Positions 11,320-20,025 of a stretch of 64,000 nt of DNA are shown here, piece after piece. A program made the translations under genes and the position numbers. Positions within the stretch are counted from its first letter, which is position 1. Each line of letters opens with the position of its first letter. The notes beneath the pieces are model-generated. The model was not told where the DNA came from. It did not search any database and was given only the letters and a program-made list of their open reading frames with translations. The stretch is from Oscillospiraceae bacterium (GTDB taxonomy: Bacteria > Bacillota > Clostridia > Oscillospirales > Oscillospiraceae), in NCBI GenBank assembly GCA_017542425.1, contig JAFXXH010000017.1:2129-66128 (forward strand), written 5' to 3'.

Positions 11320-12241
11320 ACGGCAGGTCTTTCTCCATCTCCAGCACGGCGTCGTGATAGCGCCGGTTCACCGGGACCGGGAGGCCGTGCCGCTCCGCCA
11401 GGCGGAGCACCGTCCCGGCGAACAGCGCCAGCTCCGAGCGCCGCCCGGCCAGGGCGTCCTGGCGCATGGAGGGATAGCCCACGGAAATCAGGCTGGCCAG
11501 GAGCCGCAGGTCGGCGCGCAGGTCCTCCTCCGTCAGTTGTACGCCCTCCGCCCGGGCCAGGGCGATGACCTCCCGCATGGCGGCCACCATGCTTTCATAG
11601 GCCTCCCCGCCGCCCTTGGCCACGGCGTAGGGCACGCCGTAGACCATGCAGGTCTGGTTGATGCCCACGTTGATCATAAACTTGTTCCACATGGCCCGAA
11701 TGATGTCCGGCGGCAGCTCGTGGGGCACCCCGGCGCGGGCCAGGAACACGGCCAGCCGCTCCAGTGCCGCCCCCTGCTCCGGGACCCTGGCCCCGATCTG
11801 GAGCCGCCCCATGTTTTCATAGGTGACTTCGCTGCCCTCCCGCATGGCGTCCATGCCGATGGCCACGCAGTCCACCACCCGGGATCGGCCATAGCGCGCC
11901 GCCAGGATGTCCTCGGTGATGATGCCGTTCAGCAGGGAGATGAGCACCGTGTCCTCCCCCACCGCCGGGGCCATCAGGTCCATGGCCTGGGCCAATCCGC
12001 TGTATTTCGTCGCCACGATGACCAGATCCACCTGCCCGGCGTCCTCCGGGCGGCAGACGCGAAAGCGCCTTTCCGCGCCGTTGACGCGGCAGCGTCCGTC
12101 CCCGTGCCGGGCCAGACGGGCCCCGTCCATCAGAAAGCAGAGATTTTCGCCGCCGATGTTCCGGGCGATGCGGTCACCGAACATCACGCCCAGCGCCCCC
12201 ATGCCGACGACGGCCACCTTGTTGATTGCTGCACCTGTCAT
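11318..12241 (-). CDS. panE: 2-dehydropantoate 2-reductase (ketopantoate reductase, ApbA/PanE family)
   Basis: KVAVVGMGALGVMFG Rossmann motif and the overall ApbA/ApbA_C layout. The start was set at MTGAAINK, which has a GAAGGGGGAAG RBS. Confidence 0.85.
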   Translation of the reverse strand: MTGAAINKVAVVGMGALGVMFGDRIARNIGGENLCFLMDGARLARHGDGRCRVNGAERRFRVCRPEDAGQVDLVIVATKYSGLAQAMDLMAPAVGEDTVLISLLNGIITEDILAARYGRSRVVDCVAIGMDAMREGSEVTYENMGRLQIGARVPEQGAALERLAVFLARAGVPHELPPDIIRAMWNKFMINVGINQTCMVYGVPYAVAKGGGEAYESMVAAMREVIALARAEGVQLTEEDLRADLRLLASLISVGYPSMRQDALAGRRSELALFAGTVLRLAERHGLPVPVNRRYHDAVLEMEKDLP

Positions 12242-12451
12242 GTCTCGGCTTCCCCCTTCTTTTTTTCTCATCATAACCGCAAGCGGATGCGCGGTCAACC
12301 GCATTGCGCGGAAAATGCGAAAAAAACTTTGTCTGCGACGAACGTCCGGCCCGGAAATGCCCCGCTTCCCTGTTCCCTCTGCCGCGCAGCTGTGCTATAC
12401 TGGGCGGGTAAGCTGTACATACATGGAGCATGGAATCCAAGGAGGAACCAC

Positions 12452-14914
12452 ATGAACAAAACGCTCATCATCGGCGGCGTGGCGGGGGGCGCCAGCTGCG
12501 CGGCCCGGCTGCGGCGGCTGGACGAGACGGCGGAGATCGTGCTGCTGGAGCGCGGCGCGTATGTCTCCTACGCCAACTGCGGGCTGCCCTACTATGTGGG
12601 CGGCGTCATCCGCTCCCGCTCGGTGCTGCTGGTCTCCACGCCGGAGGAACTGCGCGAGCGCTTCCGCATCGACGTCCGCACGGAACACGAGGCCCTTTCC
12701 ATCGACCGGGCAAACAAAACCGTGACGGTCAAAGACCTGAAACGCGGCACGACCTACACGGAAGCCTATGACACGCTGGTGATCGCCACCGGCTCTTCGC
12801 CCCTGCGCCCCCCCATTCCGGGCATTGACAGCCCCCGCATCCGCAGCCTCTGGACCGTCCCGGACACGGACGCGCTGAAAAAGCTGACGGAGACAGCGGC
12901 CTCCGCCGTGGTGGTGGGCGGCGGCTTCATCGGCCTGGAGATCGCGGAAAATCTGCGCCACGCCGGGCTGCATGTGGCCCTTGTGGAGGCGCTGGACCAG
13001 GTCATGGCCCCGCTGGACTTCGAGATGGCCCAGCTGCTGCATGAGGAACTGCGGGGGCAGGGTGTGGACCTGCACCTGGGCGACGGGGTGGACGCCTTTG
13101 CCGACGACGGGCAGGGCGTGACCGTCCGGCTCAAGAGCGGGGCGGCCCTGCGGGCGGACCTGGTGGTGCTGTCCATCGGCGTGCGGCCCAACAGCGCCCT
13201 GGCCCGGGACTGCGGCCTGACGCTGAACGCCCGGGGCGGCGTGGTCGTGGACGAACATCTCCGCAGCGCCGACCCCAGCATCTATGTGGTGGGCGACGTG
13301 ATCGAGGTGGAGGACTTCGTCTTCGGCGACCGGGCCATGCTGGCGCTGGCCGGTCCGGCCAACAAGCAGGGGCGCATCGCGGCGGACAACATCGCCGGAG
13401 GGGACGAGGTCTACCGGGGCACCCAGGGCACTTCGGTGGCCAAGGTCTTCGACCTGACGGCGGCCTCCACCGGGGCCAACGAAAAGGCCCTGATCCGGCG
13501 CGGGCTGGTGAAGGGGGAGGACTATGAGACCCTGGTGGTCACCCAGAACCACCACGCGGGCTACTACCCCGGCGCAGCGCCGATGCTGCTGAAACTGCTC
13601 TTTTCCTGCGACGGGAAGAAGATCTTCGGCGCGCAGATCGTGGGCCGGGAGGGCGTGGACAAGCGCATCGACGACATCGCCGTGGCCCTGCGCCTGGGCG
13701 CGGGGCCCGTGGCGCTGAAAGAGCTGGAGCTGGCCTACGCGCCCCCCTATTCCTCCGCCAAGGACCCGGTGAACATGGCGGGCTTCGTGGCGGAGAACAT
13801 CCTGAACGGTCTGGTGCGCCTGGCCGACTGGAACGAAACGGAGACCGACCCGGAGGCCGTGGTCCTGGACGTGCGGGAGGAGGAGGAGACCGTGGCCTAC
13901 GCCCTGCCCGGCGCGGTGAACATCCCCCTGGGCCAGCTCCGGGCGCGGCTGGGCGAGCTGGACCGGGAAGCGCGCTACATCGTCTTCTGCGCCGTGGGCG
14001 TCCGCTCCTACAACGCCGCCCGCATTCTGAGCCAGAACGGTTTTGCAAAGGTCAAGGTCTACCCCGGCGGGACGCGCTTTTACCGCTCCACCCACGAGAG
14101 CGAGTGGGAACTGGAGGAAGCCCCGCCCGCCCCGGCCCAGGAGCCGGACCCCACGGAAAGGAGCACTTCGGACATGAAACAGATCACGCTGGACTGCTGC
14201 GGAATGCAGTGTCCCGGCCCCATCATGGAGGTCTACAAGAACATCTGCGCCCTCTCCGACGGCGATCAGCTGGAGGTCAGCGCCTCCGACCCCGGCTTTG
14301 CCAAGGACATCGTGTCCTGGTGCCGCCGCACCGGCAACACCCTGGTCTCCAGCGAGCGGAAAGACGGGGCCTATGTGGCCGTGCTCCGCAAAGGGAGCGG
14401 CGCGGCGGCGGCCAGCGCAAAGCCCGTGGCCGTGCAGGATACGCCCCAGGGCAAGACCATCATCGTCTTCGACGGGGACATGGACAAGGTACTGGCCAGC
14501 TTCATCATCGCCAACGGGGCCCTGGCCATGGGCCGCCCGGTGACCATGTTCTTCACCTTCTGGGGCCTCAACGCCCTGCGGAAAGACCGGAAGCAGCCCA
14601 TCAAAAAGACGGCGGTGGAGCGGATGTTCGGGGCCATGCTGCCCCGCGGCGCCCGGCGGCTGAAGCTCTCCAAGCTGAACATGGGCGGCATGGGCACGGC
14701 CATGATGCGGAAGATCATGAAGGACAAACACATCGACTCCCTGGAAGACCTGATGAAGAAGGCCATGGAAAACGGCGTCAAGCTCATCGCCTGCTCCATG
14801 AGCATGGACGTGATGGGCATCCGCAAGGAGGAGCTGATCGACGGCGTGGAGATCGGCGGCGTCGGGGCCTATCTGGGGGACGCAGAGGACTCCAACGTGA
14901 ACCTGTTCATCTGA
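12452..14914 (+). CDS. four-domain fusion: CoA-disulfide reductase-like FAD oxidoreductase + rhodanese + TusA/SirA-like + DsrE/DsrF-like
   Basis: LIIGGVAGGASCA and SYANCGLPYY (redox Cys43) mark the oxidoreductase. FCAVGVRS marks the rhodanese (Cys513). CCGMQCPGP is the TusA CPxP motif (Cys587). A C-terminal DsrE-like block runs TIIVFDGD...GVKLIACSMSMD. RBS AAGGAGGAA. The upstream 1.2 kb of the 1230-aa track ORF is antisense to panE. Confidence 0.92.
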   Translation: MNKTLIIGGVAGGASCAARLRRLDETAEIVLLERGAYVSYANCGLPYYVGGVIRSRSVLLVSTPEELRERFRIDVRTEHEALSIDRANKTVTVKDLKRGTTYTEAYDTLVIATGSSPLRPPIPGIDSPRIRSLWTVPDTDALKKLTETAASAVVVGGGFIGLEIAENLRHAGLHVALVEALDQVMAPLDFEMAQLLHEELRGQGVDLHLGDGVDAFADDGQGVTVRLKSGAALRADLVVLSIGVRPNSALARDCGLTLNARGGVVVDEHLRSADPSIYVVGDVIEVEDFVFGDRAMLALAGPANKQGRIAADNIAGGDEVYRGTQGTSVAKVFDLTAASTGANEKALIRRGLVKGEDYETLVVTQNHHAGYYPGAAPMLLKLLFSCDGKKIFGAQIVGREGVDKRIDDIAVALRLGAGPVALKELELAYAPPYSSAKDPVNMAGFVAENILNGLVRLADWNETETDPEAVVLDVREEEETVAYALPGAVNIPLGQLRARLGELDREARYIVFCAVGVRSYNAARILSQNGFAKVKVYPGGTRFYRSTHESEWELEEAPPAPAQEPDPTERSTSDMKQITLDCCGMQCPGPIMEVYKNICALSDGDQLEVSASDPGFAKDIVSWCRRTGNTLVSSERKDGAYVAVLRKGSGAAAASAKPVAVQDTPQGKTIIVFDGDMDKVLASFIIANGALAMGRPVTMFFTFWGLNALRKDRKQPIKKTAVERMFGAMLPRGARRLKLSKLNMGGMGTAMMRKIMKDKHIDSLEDLMKKAMENGVKLIACSMSMDVMGIRKEELIDGVEIGGVGAYLGDAEDSNVNLFI

Positions 14915-14926
14915 ACCAATTCCATA

Positions 14927-14960
14927 CAAAAACGGAAGGGCCGCGCCCTTCCGTTTTTTC
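14927..14960. terminator. bidirectional rho-independent terminator
   Basis: AAAAACGGAAGGGC-CGC-GCCCTTCCGTTTTTT, flanked by an A-run and a T-run, between convergent genes. Confidence 0.8.
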
Positions 14961-14980
14961 ATGCTTGTTTGTGCCTTGTC

Positions 14981-17302
14981 TCAGCCGATGTTCACCAGCA
15001 CGGGCTTGCCCCAGCTGTTCATATCCAGCACCGCCAGCTGCTCCGCGCCGACGATGTAGACCCAGGAGCCGATGTACAGCCCGCGCATCCGCCAGCCGCC
15101 GTCCTCGAAGTCGAAGCGGCAGAGTTCTGTGAAGCCCGCGTCGGCGTCATAGGCATAGATGCGGTAGGTCTCGTCGGCCTGGAAACCGATCAGGTTTTTC
15201 GCCGGGCTGATGAAGAAGGCCTTGTGGTTGTAGAGCGCTTCGCTGTAGTCCGCGTCCAGCTCCAGGACGGACTCGGCGTACACGTCGGTCTTGTCCTCGG
15301 TGTTGAACATCACCAGCTTGAGCCCCTCGGTCCGGCCGTCCTCCTCGTCCGCCTCCCGGCCAAAGCCAAAGAGTTTGCCCTCGGCCCAGCCGTGGAGGTA
15401 CTCGGAGAAGCCGCTGATCTTCAGGGCGCTGAGCACGGCGGGGTGGACCGGGTCGCTCACGTCCACGGTGAACAGCGGGTCCACGTTGCGGAAGGTGGTG
15501 AAGTAGGCGATGTCGCCGTCGAAGCGGGCGGAGTAGACCCGCTCCCCCTCCGCCAGGTCGGTGACGCTGCCCAGCAGGTTCAGGTCCCCGTCCAGGATGT
15601 ACAGGCCGCTGCTGGGTTTGCTCTCCTCCCACTGGTAGTTGGTGAAGTTGTAGCGGGCGTCCTCATAGACCTTGTAGACGTTCTCGCTCTTCGTGGTGAC
15701 GATGCGGAGATTGCCCTGGTATTCGTCGGCGGAGAACTGGCTGTCCAGATAGCCGGGCACCATGCCCCCGGCCACGAAGCGCAGCCCCTCGGACAGGTCA
15801 AAGCGATAGATTGCGGTGTTGGTGCTGTCCCGGTGGCTGGTGACGGTGTAGACGCTCTCGGTGTACTTGCCCGTCTCCGTGCTCTCCCAGACGCTGCCCA
15901 TCACATAGAGGCTGTCCCCGCTCATGTAGAGCTGGTCCCCTGCGCCCAGCAGAGACTGGCTGTCCAGCAGCGCGGCCTGAGGGATGTCGTAGACGCTGAC
16001 CACCACGTACTCATTGGACTTGTCCCCGCAGAGGTAGATGCGCCCGGCGGGCAGCGTCTCCGCCTTGCCGTCCCGGTAGAGGCAGGGGACGTAGGTCTCC
16101 GGCTCGTCCTCGTCATAGCTGTAGACCCACTGGTTGGTGACCACATAGAGTCTGCCGTCCAGCAGACGGGAGGACAGCAGATTGCCGTCCTGGCCCAGGC
16201 TGCTCAGCAGCTTCGGCGCGGCGGGATTGCTCACATCATAGAGGTCCACGCAGCAATACCGCTCATCCTCCCAGGTCCAGCCGTCATCGGTCTGCGCGCC
16301 GGAGTAGGCGGAGTAGTTGGAGAGAATGGCCAGGCGTCCGTCGCTGACGTACATCTCCCGGGGGTTCTTGGTCTTGCTGTCATAGCTGTACTGTTTGCCG
16401 CTGCCGGTCTCGTGGTAGTCCGACTGGCCCACCTTGGTGCGGGAGACCACGGCGCTGCCCGTTCCGGCGGCGCGGATGATCGTAAGCTGGTATTCGCCGT
16501 TCAGGACGTAGATGTACTGCCCGTCCGTCTTGACGATGTCGCCCTCGTCGATGCCCTCCACCTGGACGTTGGTGCCGGACACGTCCGCGTCGTCCGCGGA
16601 GGCGGTGTTGGTGGCGGCGGGCGTCTCGGCGGCTTTGCTGCCCTCCGCTGTGGCGGCCTGCGCGGTTTCGGCCTCTTCCTCGTCCAGATCCATGCCGCCC
16701 CGGTTTCTGCTGGCTTTCAGGCTGCTCAACACTTCGCCGTAGCTGGCGGCCAGCTTCACCTCCGGGCGCGGGGGCAGCAGTTTGGCGCTCTCGATGCGCA
16801 CCGTATGGCTGGCCTCGTCATAGCTGACTTTGAAGTTCAGCCGGGGGCCCAGCTCCGCCAGCTTGAAATAGTTGTGTCCGGCGATGTTCCAGACGGACAG
16901 GCCCTCCGCCGCCGTCCCGTCGATCACGATGGTCTGGCGGCTGGGCTGGGCCAGGCCGGACAGCCTGGAGGCACTCTGCCGGGATGACGCGGACTCGTCC
17001 GCGCCGTCTGTCACCTGCTCGGTGCCCAGCGGCGTGTAGCTCTGTCCCCGGACGATCAGAACCTGCCCCTTCTCCGCGTCATAGTCCACGGAAAAGCGGC
17101 TGTCCGTCTCCCGCAGGAGCATGGCCAGATCCCGGATCTGGAAATAGTTGTAGCCGTCCACGTTGTAGGCCAGACAGCGGACCGGCACGCCGTCCACCGT
17201 CAAGGACTGGCTGCTGACCACAATGGCCGGATCGGCCAGGGCCATGGGGGCCAGCGCCAAAGCCAACGCCAGCACCAGCAGCAGGGCCGTCAGTTTCTTC
17301 AT
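14981..17302 (-). CDS. secreted protein with two copper-amine-oxidase-N-like 'stalk' domains and a C-terminal beta-propeller domain
   Basis: Signal peptide MKKLTALLLVLALALALAPMALA. The stalk motif is repeated (LTVDGVPVRCLAYNVDGYNYFQIRDLAMLL and IVIDGTAAEGLSVWNIAGHNYFKLAELG). A long C-terminal region resembles the Firmicutes 'beta-propeller domain-containing' family. Confidence 0.85.
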   Translation of the reverse strand: MKKLTALLLVLALALALAPMALADPAIVVSSQSLTVDGVPVRCLAYNVDGYNYFQIRDLAMLLRETDSRFSVDYDAEKGQVLIVRGQSYTPLGTEQVTDGADESASSRQSASRLSGLAQPSRQTIVIDGTAAEGLSVWNIAGHNYFKLAELGPRLNFKVSYDEASHTVRIESAKLLPPRPEVKLAASYGEVLSSLKASRNRGGMDLDEEEAETAQAATAEGSKAAETPAATNTASADDADVSGTNVQVEGIDEGDIVKTDGQYIYVLNGEYQLTIIRAAGTGSAVVSRTKVGQSDYHETGSGKQYSYDSKTKNPREMYVSDGRLAILSNYSAYSGAQTDDGWTWEDERYCCVDLYDVSNPAAPKLLSSLGQDGNLLSSRLLDGRLYVVTNQWVYSYDEDEPETYVPCLYRDGKAETLPAGRIYLCGDKSNEYVVVSVYDIPQAALLDSQSLLGAGDQLYMSGDSLYVMGSVWESTETGKYTESVYTVTSHRDSTNTAIYRFDLSEGLRFVAGGMVPGYLDSQFSADEYQGNLRIVTTKSENVYKVYEDARYNFTNYQWEESKPSSGLYILDGDLNLLGSVTDLAEGERVYSARFDGDIAYFTTFRNVDPLFTVDVSDPVHPAVLSALKISGFSEYLHGWAEGKLFGFGREADEEDGRTEGLKLVMFNTEDKTDVYAESVLELDADYSEALYNHKAFFISPAKNLIGFQADETYRIYAYDADAGFTELCRFDFEDGGWRMRGLYIGSWVYIVGAEQLAVLDMNSWGKPVLVNIG

Positions 17303-17383
17303 TTCGTTCCCCTCCCAATGTAAGTAAAGATATGGATCGCTCCATTCACGCCCTTAGACGCGGGGAAGGGGAAAAAGTTCCCG

Positions 17384-18565
17384 TCATTGCGCGCTTTCCA
17401 GCGGAAAAGAGCCGTCCATCCGCCAGACGCCGCTGCCGCCGTCGGCCCGGCGCAGCCAGATGGACTCCCACTTGGCCGCGCCGCTGTCATCAAAGCGGAT
17501 CAGGCCGGAGGTGCCCCGCCAGCTCACGGCGGGCAAGCGGGCCAGCAGGTCGGCCTTGTCCGCGCTCTGGGCGCTGCGCATGGTCTCCATCACCAGGTCG
17601 TAGGCGTCCCCCGCCAGGGCGGTGAGGGTGCAGGCCTCCAGAAAGCCGCCGTTGAGCTGCAGGGCTTCCATGTCGGCTTCCAGATAGGCTCGCAGCCCTT
17701 CCGCGTATTTCCCGCCGTCCGGGATGCGGCAGTAGACCGTGGCGTAAAGCCGCAGAGCGTTGCCGCTCATGGCGGCGGGGATGCGGGGGTCGTCGATGCG
17801 GTGGTTGGCGTAGACGGGCAGGGTGAAGCCCATCGCGTCGGCCTGGTGGGCGGCCAGGGCGGTCATGGCCGGACTCAGGGCGAGATAGACCGCGTGGCAG
17901 CGGAAGGTCTCGGAGCGCTGGAAATAGACGCTCAGGTCCTCCGTGTCCGTGCGGACGGCGTCCTGGACCACCGTGCCGCCCAGATCCTCATAGGCGCTGC
18001 GAAGCCGCGCCGCCTGTTCGCTCCACTCCCCGTCCTCCTGGCTCATCAGGTAGAGGGACGCGCCGCCGCTGCGCTCCCAGATTAGATCGGCCAGGGCGCG
18101 GACCTCCTGCTCCTCCGTCAGGCAGAGGCGGAAGGCGTAGTTGCCCATGCCCGTCAGCGCGTCGCCGGTGCAGCCTACGCCGATCAGGGCGATGCCGTTT
18201 TCCTCAAAGAGCGGCCCCACCGCCAGGCTGAGTTCGGAGTCATAGGCCCCGATCACCACGCAGACCCCCTGCTCCACCAGGTAGGCCGCGGCCTCCAGGG
18301 CGGACTGGACCGTGCTGCCGCAGTCGGCCACTACCAGCTCCATGTCATAGTCCTCTTTCGCCAGGCTCAGGCTGGGGGTCAGGGACTGGGCATAGCGCAC
18401 GCCCAGCAGCTCCCGCCGCCCCTCCGGGGCTTTGGTCCCGGTCAGCGGCTCCAGGACCCCGATGCGCACCTTATGGCGCACCGGTTCCTCCGCTTGTTTG
18501 GACCCGCAGGCCGCCAGCGTCAGCAGCAGCGTCAGGGCAAGCAGCATTGAGATGATTTTTTTCAC
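17384..18565 (-). CDS. ABC transporter substrate-binding lipoprotein (type 1 periplasmic-binding fold, Liv-like)
   Basis: Lipobox LLLTLAACGS. The KVRIGVLEPLTGTKAPEG start is typical of branched-chain/amide binding proteins. No permease or ATPase gene is adjacent. Confidence 0.85.
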   Translation of the reverse strand: MKKIISMLLALTLLLTLAACGSKQAEEPVRHKVRIGVLEPLTGTKAPEGRRELLGVRYAQSLTPSLSLAKEDYDMELVVADCGSTVQSALEAAAYLVEQGVCVVIGAYDSELSLAVGPLFEENGIALIGVGCTGDALTGMGNYAFRLCLTEEQEVRALADLIWERSGGASLYLMSQEDGEWSEQAARLRSAYEDLGGTVVQDAVRTDTEDLSVYFQRSETFRCHAVYLALSPAMTALAAHQADAMGFTLPVYANHRIDDPRIPAAMSGNALRLYATVYCRIPDGGKYAEGLRAYLEADMEALQLNGGFLEACTLTALAGDAYDLVMETMRSAQSADKADLLARLPAVSWRGTSGLIRFDDSGAAKWESIWLRRADGGSGVWRMDGSFPLESAQ

Positions 18566-18592
18566 AAAAGACTTCCTCCTGTCTCTCTGGGT

Positions 18593-19804
18593 TCACAGCA
18601 TCACGGGGCCGGCGCGCCAGTCCTGTCCGCCTCCACGGGCGGCGGGGTCGGGGCAGCCCAGCACATAGACATCCTCGGCACGGGCGCAAAGGGCGAAGAC
18701 GCGGCCCGCGTTCTCTGGCAGCTTCCGCCCGGCGGCGGGTTTGGTGATGAGCGGCAGCGAGCAGGTCTTGCGGAGCGCCGCCAGATGCGCCCGGCCCCGT
18801 TCATTCGCCGCCAGGACCCGCAGATAGGGCACGGGTCCGGCGCTGTCGCCCTTCCGTAGCCCCAGGGCGGCGGAGAGCAGCGCCCGGCGGAGCCTGGCGT
18901 CGGGATAGCGCTTCGTGGCGGCCCGGGCCACGGCCTCGGCCAGGCTGGGGGCCTCCAGGGCGCGCAGCAGGCGGTATTCCAGGCCCTCCCCCACGCCGGG
19001 GACCTGCGTCAGCTCCGCCGCGCCGCATAGCCGCAGGCGGCTGAGCAGGGCCGTGTCCAAAGCCTCCGGCGTCACCGGCCCGCGCCCCATTGTGCGCTCC
19101 CGGGCGAAGACGGCGGCGGCCTCTGGGGGCAGCAGCGCGTCCACGTCCTCCCCCGCCCCGATGCGCCCGCGCAGCCAGGAGGCGGAGGGGAAGTCTCCCC
19201 CTTCGGCTGTGTCGTGGCCGCTGCCCCGGCGTGGGATCGCCAGCAGTTCCAACGCTTGTCCGGCGGCCTTGCAGTATTCCAGGGCCAGAATGTCGTTGGG
19301 GCTGCGGAGCAGGGGCAGGGCTTCCCCGGCCAATTCCTCCGCCGCCCGCTGGCGGGCAGCGGCGTAGGATGCGCCCGCCCGCAGCAGCTCCCGCGTTCGC
19401 GCATCCAGCGCCGGGTCGGCGAGCAGCGCGGCGGTCCGGCGCAGCGCGCCCACGTCGCCGCACTCGCTGCCGAAGCTGAGCGCCCCGGCTCCGGCGACCC
19501 GCAGCAAGCCCACCGCGCCGGAAGCGAAGGTCTCCGCCGGGGCCAGGGCCCAGGGCAGGGGCAACTCCAGCACCAGGTCCGCCCCGCAGCGCACAGCGGC
19601 CTCGGCCCGGGGGCGCTTGCCGTAGACTGCGGGGCTGCCCCGCTGGACAAAGGCCCCGCTCATGGCGCAGACGAGCACGCTCTCCGCGCCCAGGGCGCGC
19701 CGGGTCTCCGCCAGGTGCCAGGCGTGGCCCCGGTGAAAGGGGTTGTACTCCGCCACGACGCCGCAGACCGGCCCCGTCCGGCCCATTTGCGCGCTGTTTG
19801 GCAT
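18593..19804 (-). CDS. tmcAL: tRNA(Met) cytidine acetate ligase (YlbM/UPF0348 nucleotidyltransferase family)
   Basis: GVVAEYNPFHRGHAWHL (HxGH-type) motif and a size of about 400 aa. The start was set at MPNSAQM, which has a GGGGAGGGGG RBS. Confidence 0.85.
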   Translation of the reverse strand: MPNSAQMGRTGPVCGVVAEYNPFHRGHAWHLAETRRALGAESVLVCAMSGAFVQRGSPAVYGKRPRAEAAVRCGADLVLELPLPWALAPAETFASGAVGLLRVAGAGALSFGSECGDVGALRRTAALLADPALDARTRELLRAGASYAAARQRAAEELAGEALPLLRSPNDILALEYCKAAGQALELLAIPRRGSGHDTAEGGDFPSASWLRGRIGAGEDVDALLPPEAAAVFARERTMGRGPVTPEALDTALLSRLRLCGAAELTQVPGVGEGLEYRLLRALEAPSLAEAVARAATKRYPDARLRRALLSAALGLRKGDSAGPVPYLRVLAANERGRAHLAALRKTCSLPLITKPAAGRKLPENAGRVFALCARAEDVYVLGCPDPAARGGGQDWRAGPVML

Positions 19805-19929
19805 GGCTTTTCCCCCTCCCCGGCGGATCTCGGCGCGCTCCGCGTCGGGCGCACAGGCAAAAAGGCACAAATCCACGGACCGAGGGCAAAAAAAGTCTGG
19901 CATTTCCCGCCAAAAATCGCAAATTAGGC

Positions 19930-19957
19930 TTGCCTTTCCGAAATCGTGTATTAAAAT
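19930..19957 (+). promoter_or_regulatory. candidate sigma-A promoter of ackA
   Basis: TTGCCT-16 nt-TAAAAT, about 70 nt upstream of the ackA ATG. Confidence 0.4.
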
Positions 19958-20025
19958 ATTCGTAAGCGTGTTCTTCTTATCTTACACAAAAGCACATCAT
20001 TTTACAAGAAGGAAAGGAAACGAAA

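Noticed and set aside
11222-12451. N-terminal 410 codons of the 1230-aa ORF (11222-14914)
   Set aside because: This part is antisense to panE and low-complexity. A strong RBS plus an ATG at 12452 begins the recognisable CoADR N-terminus (MNKTLIIGGVAGG).
12395-14962. 855-aa minus-strand ORF
   Set aside because: It is antisense to the four-domain CoADR fusion, G/A/H/V/R-rich, and carries no motifs.
14969-16987. 672-aa plus-strand ORF
   Set aside because: It is antisense to the secreted beta-propeller gene. The composition is that of a shadow frame.
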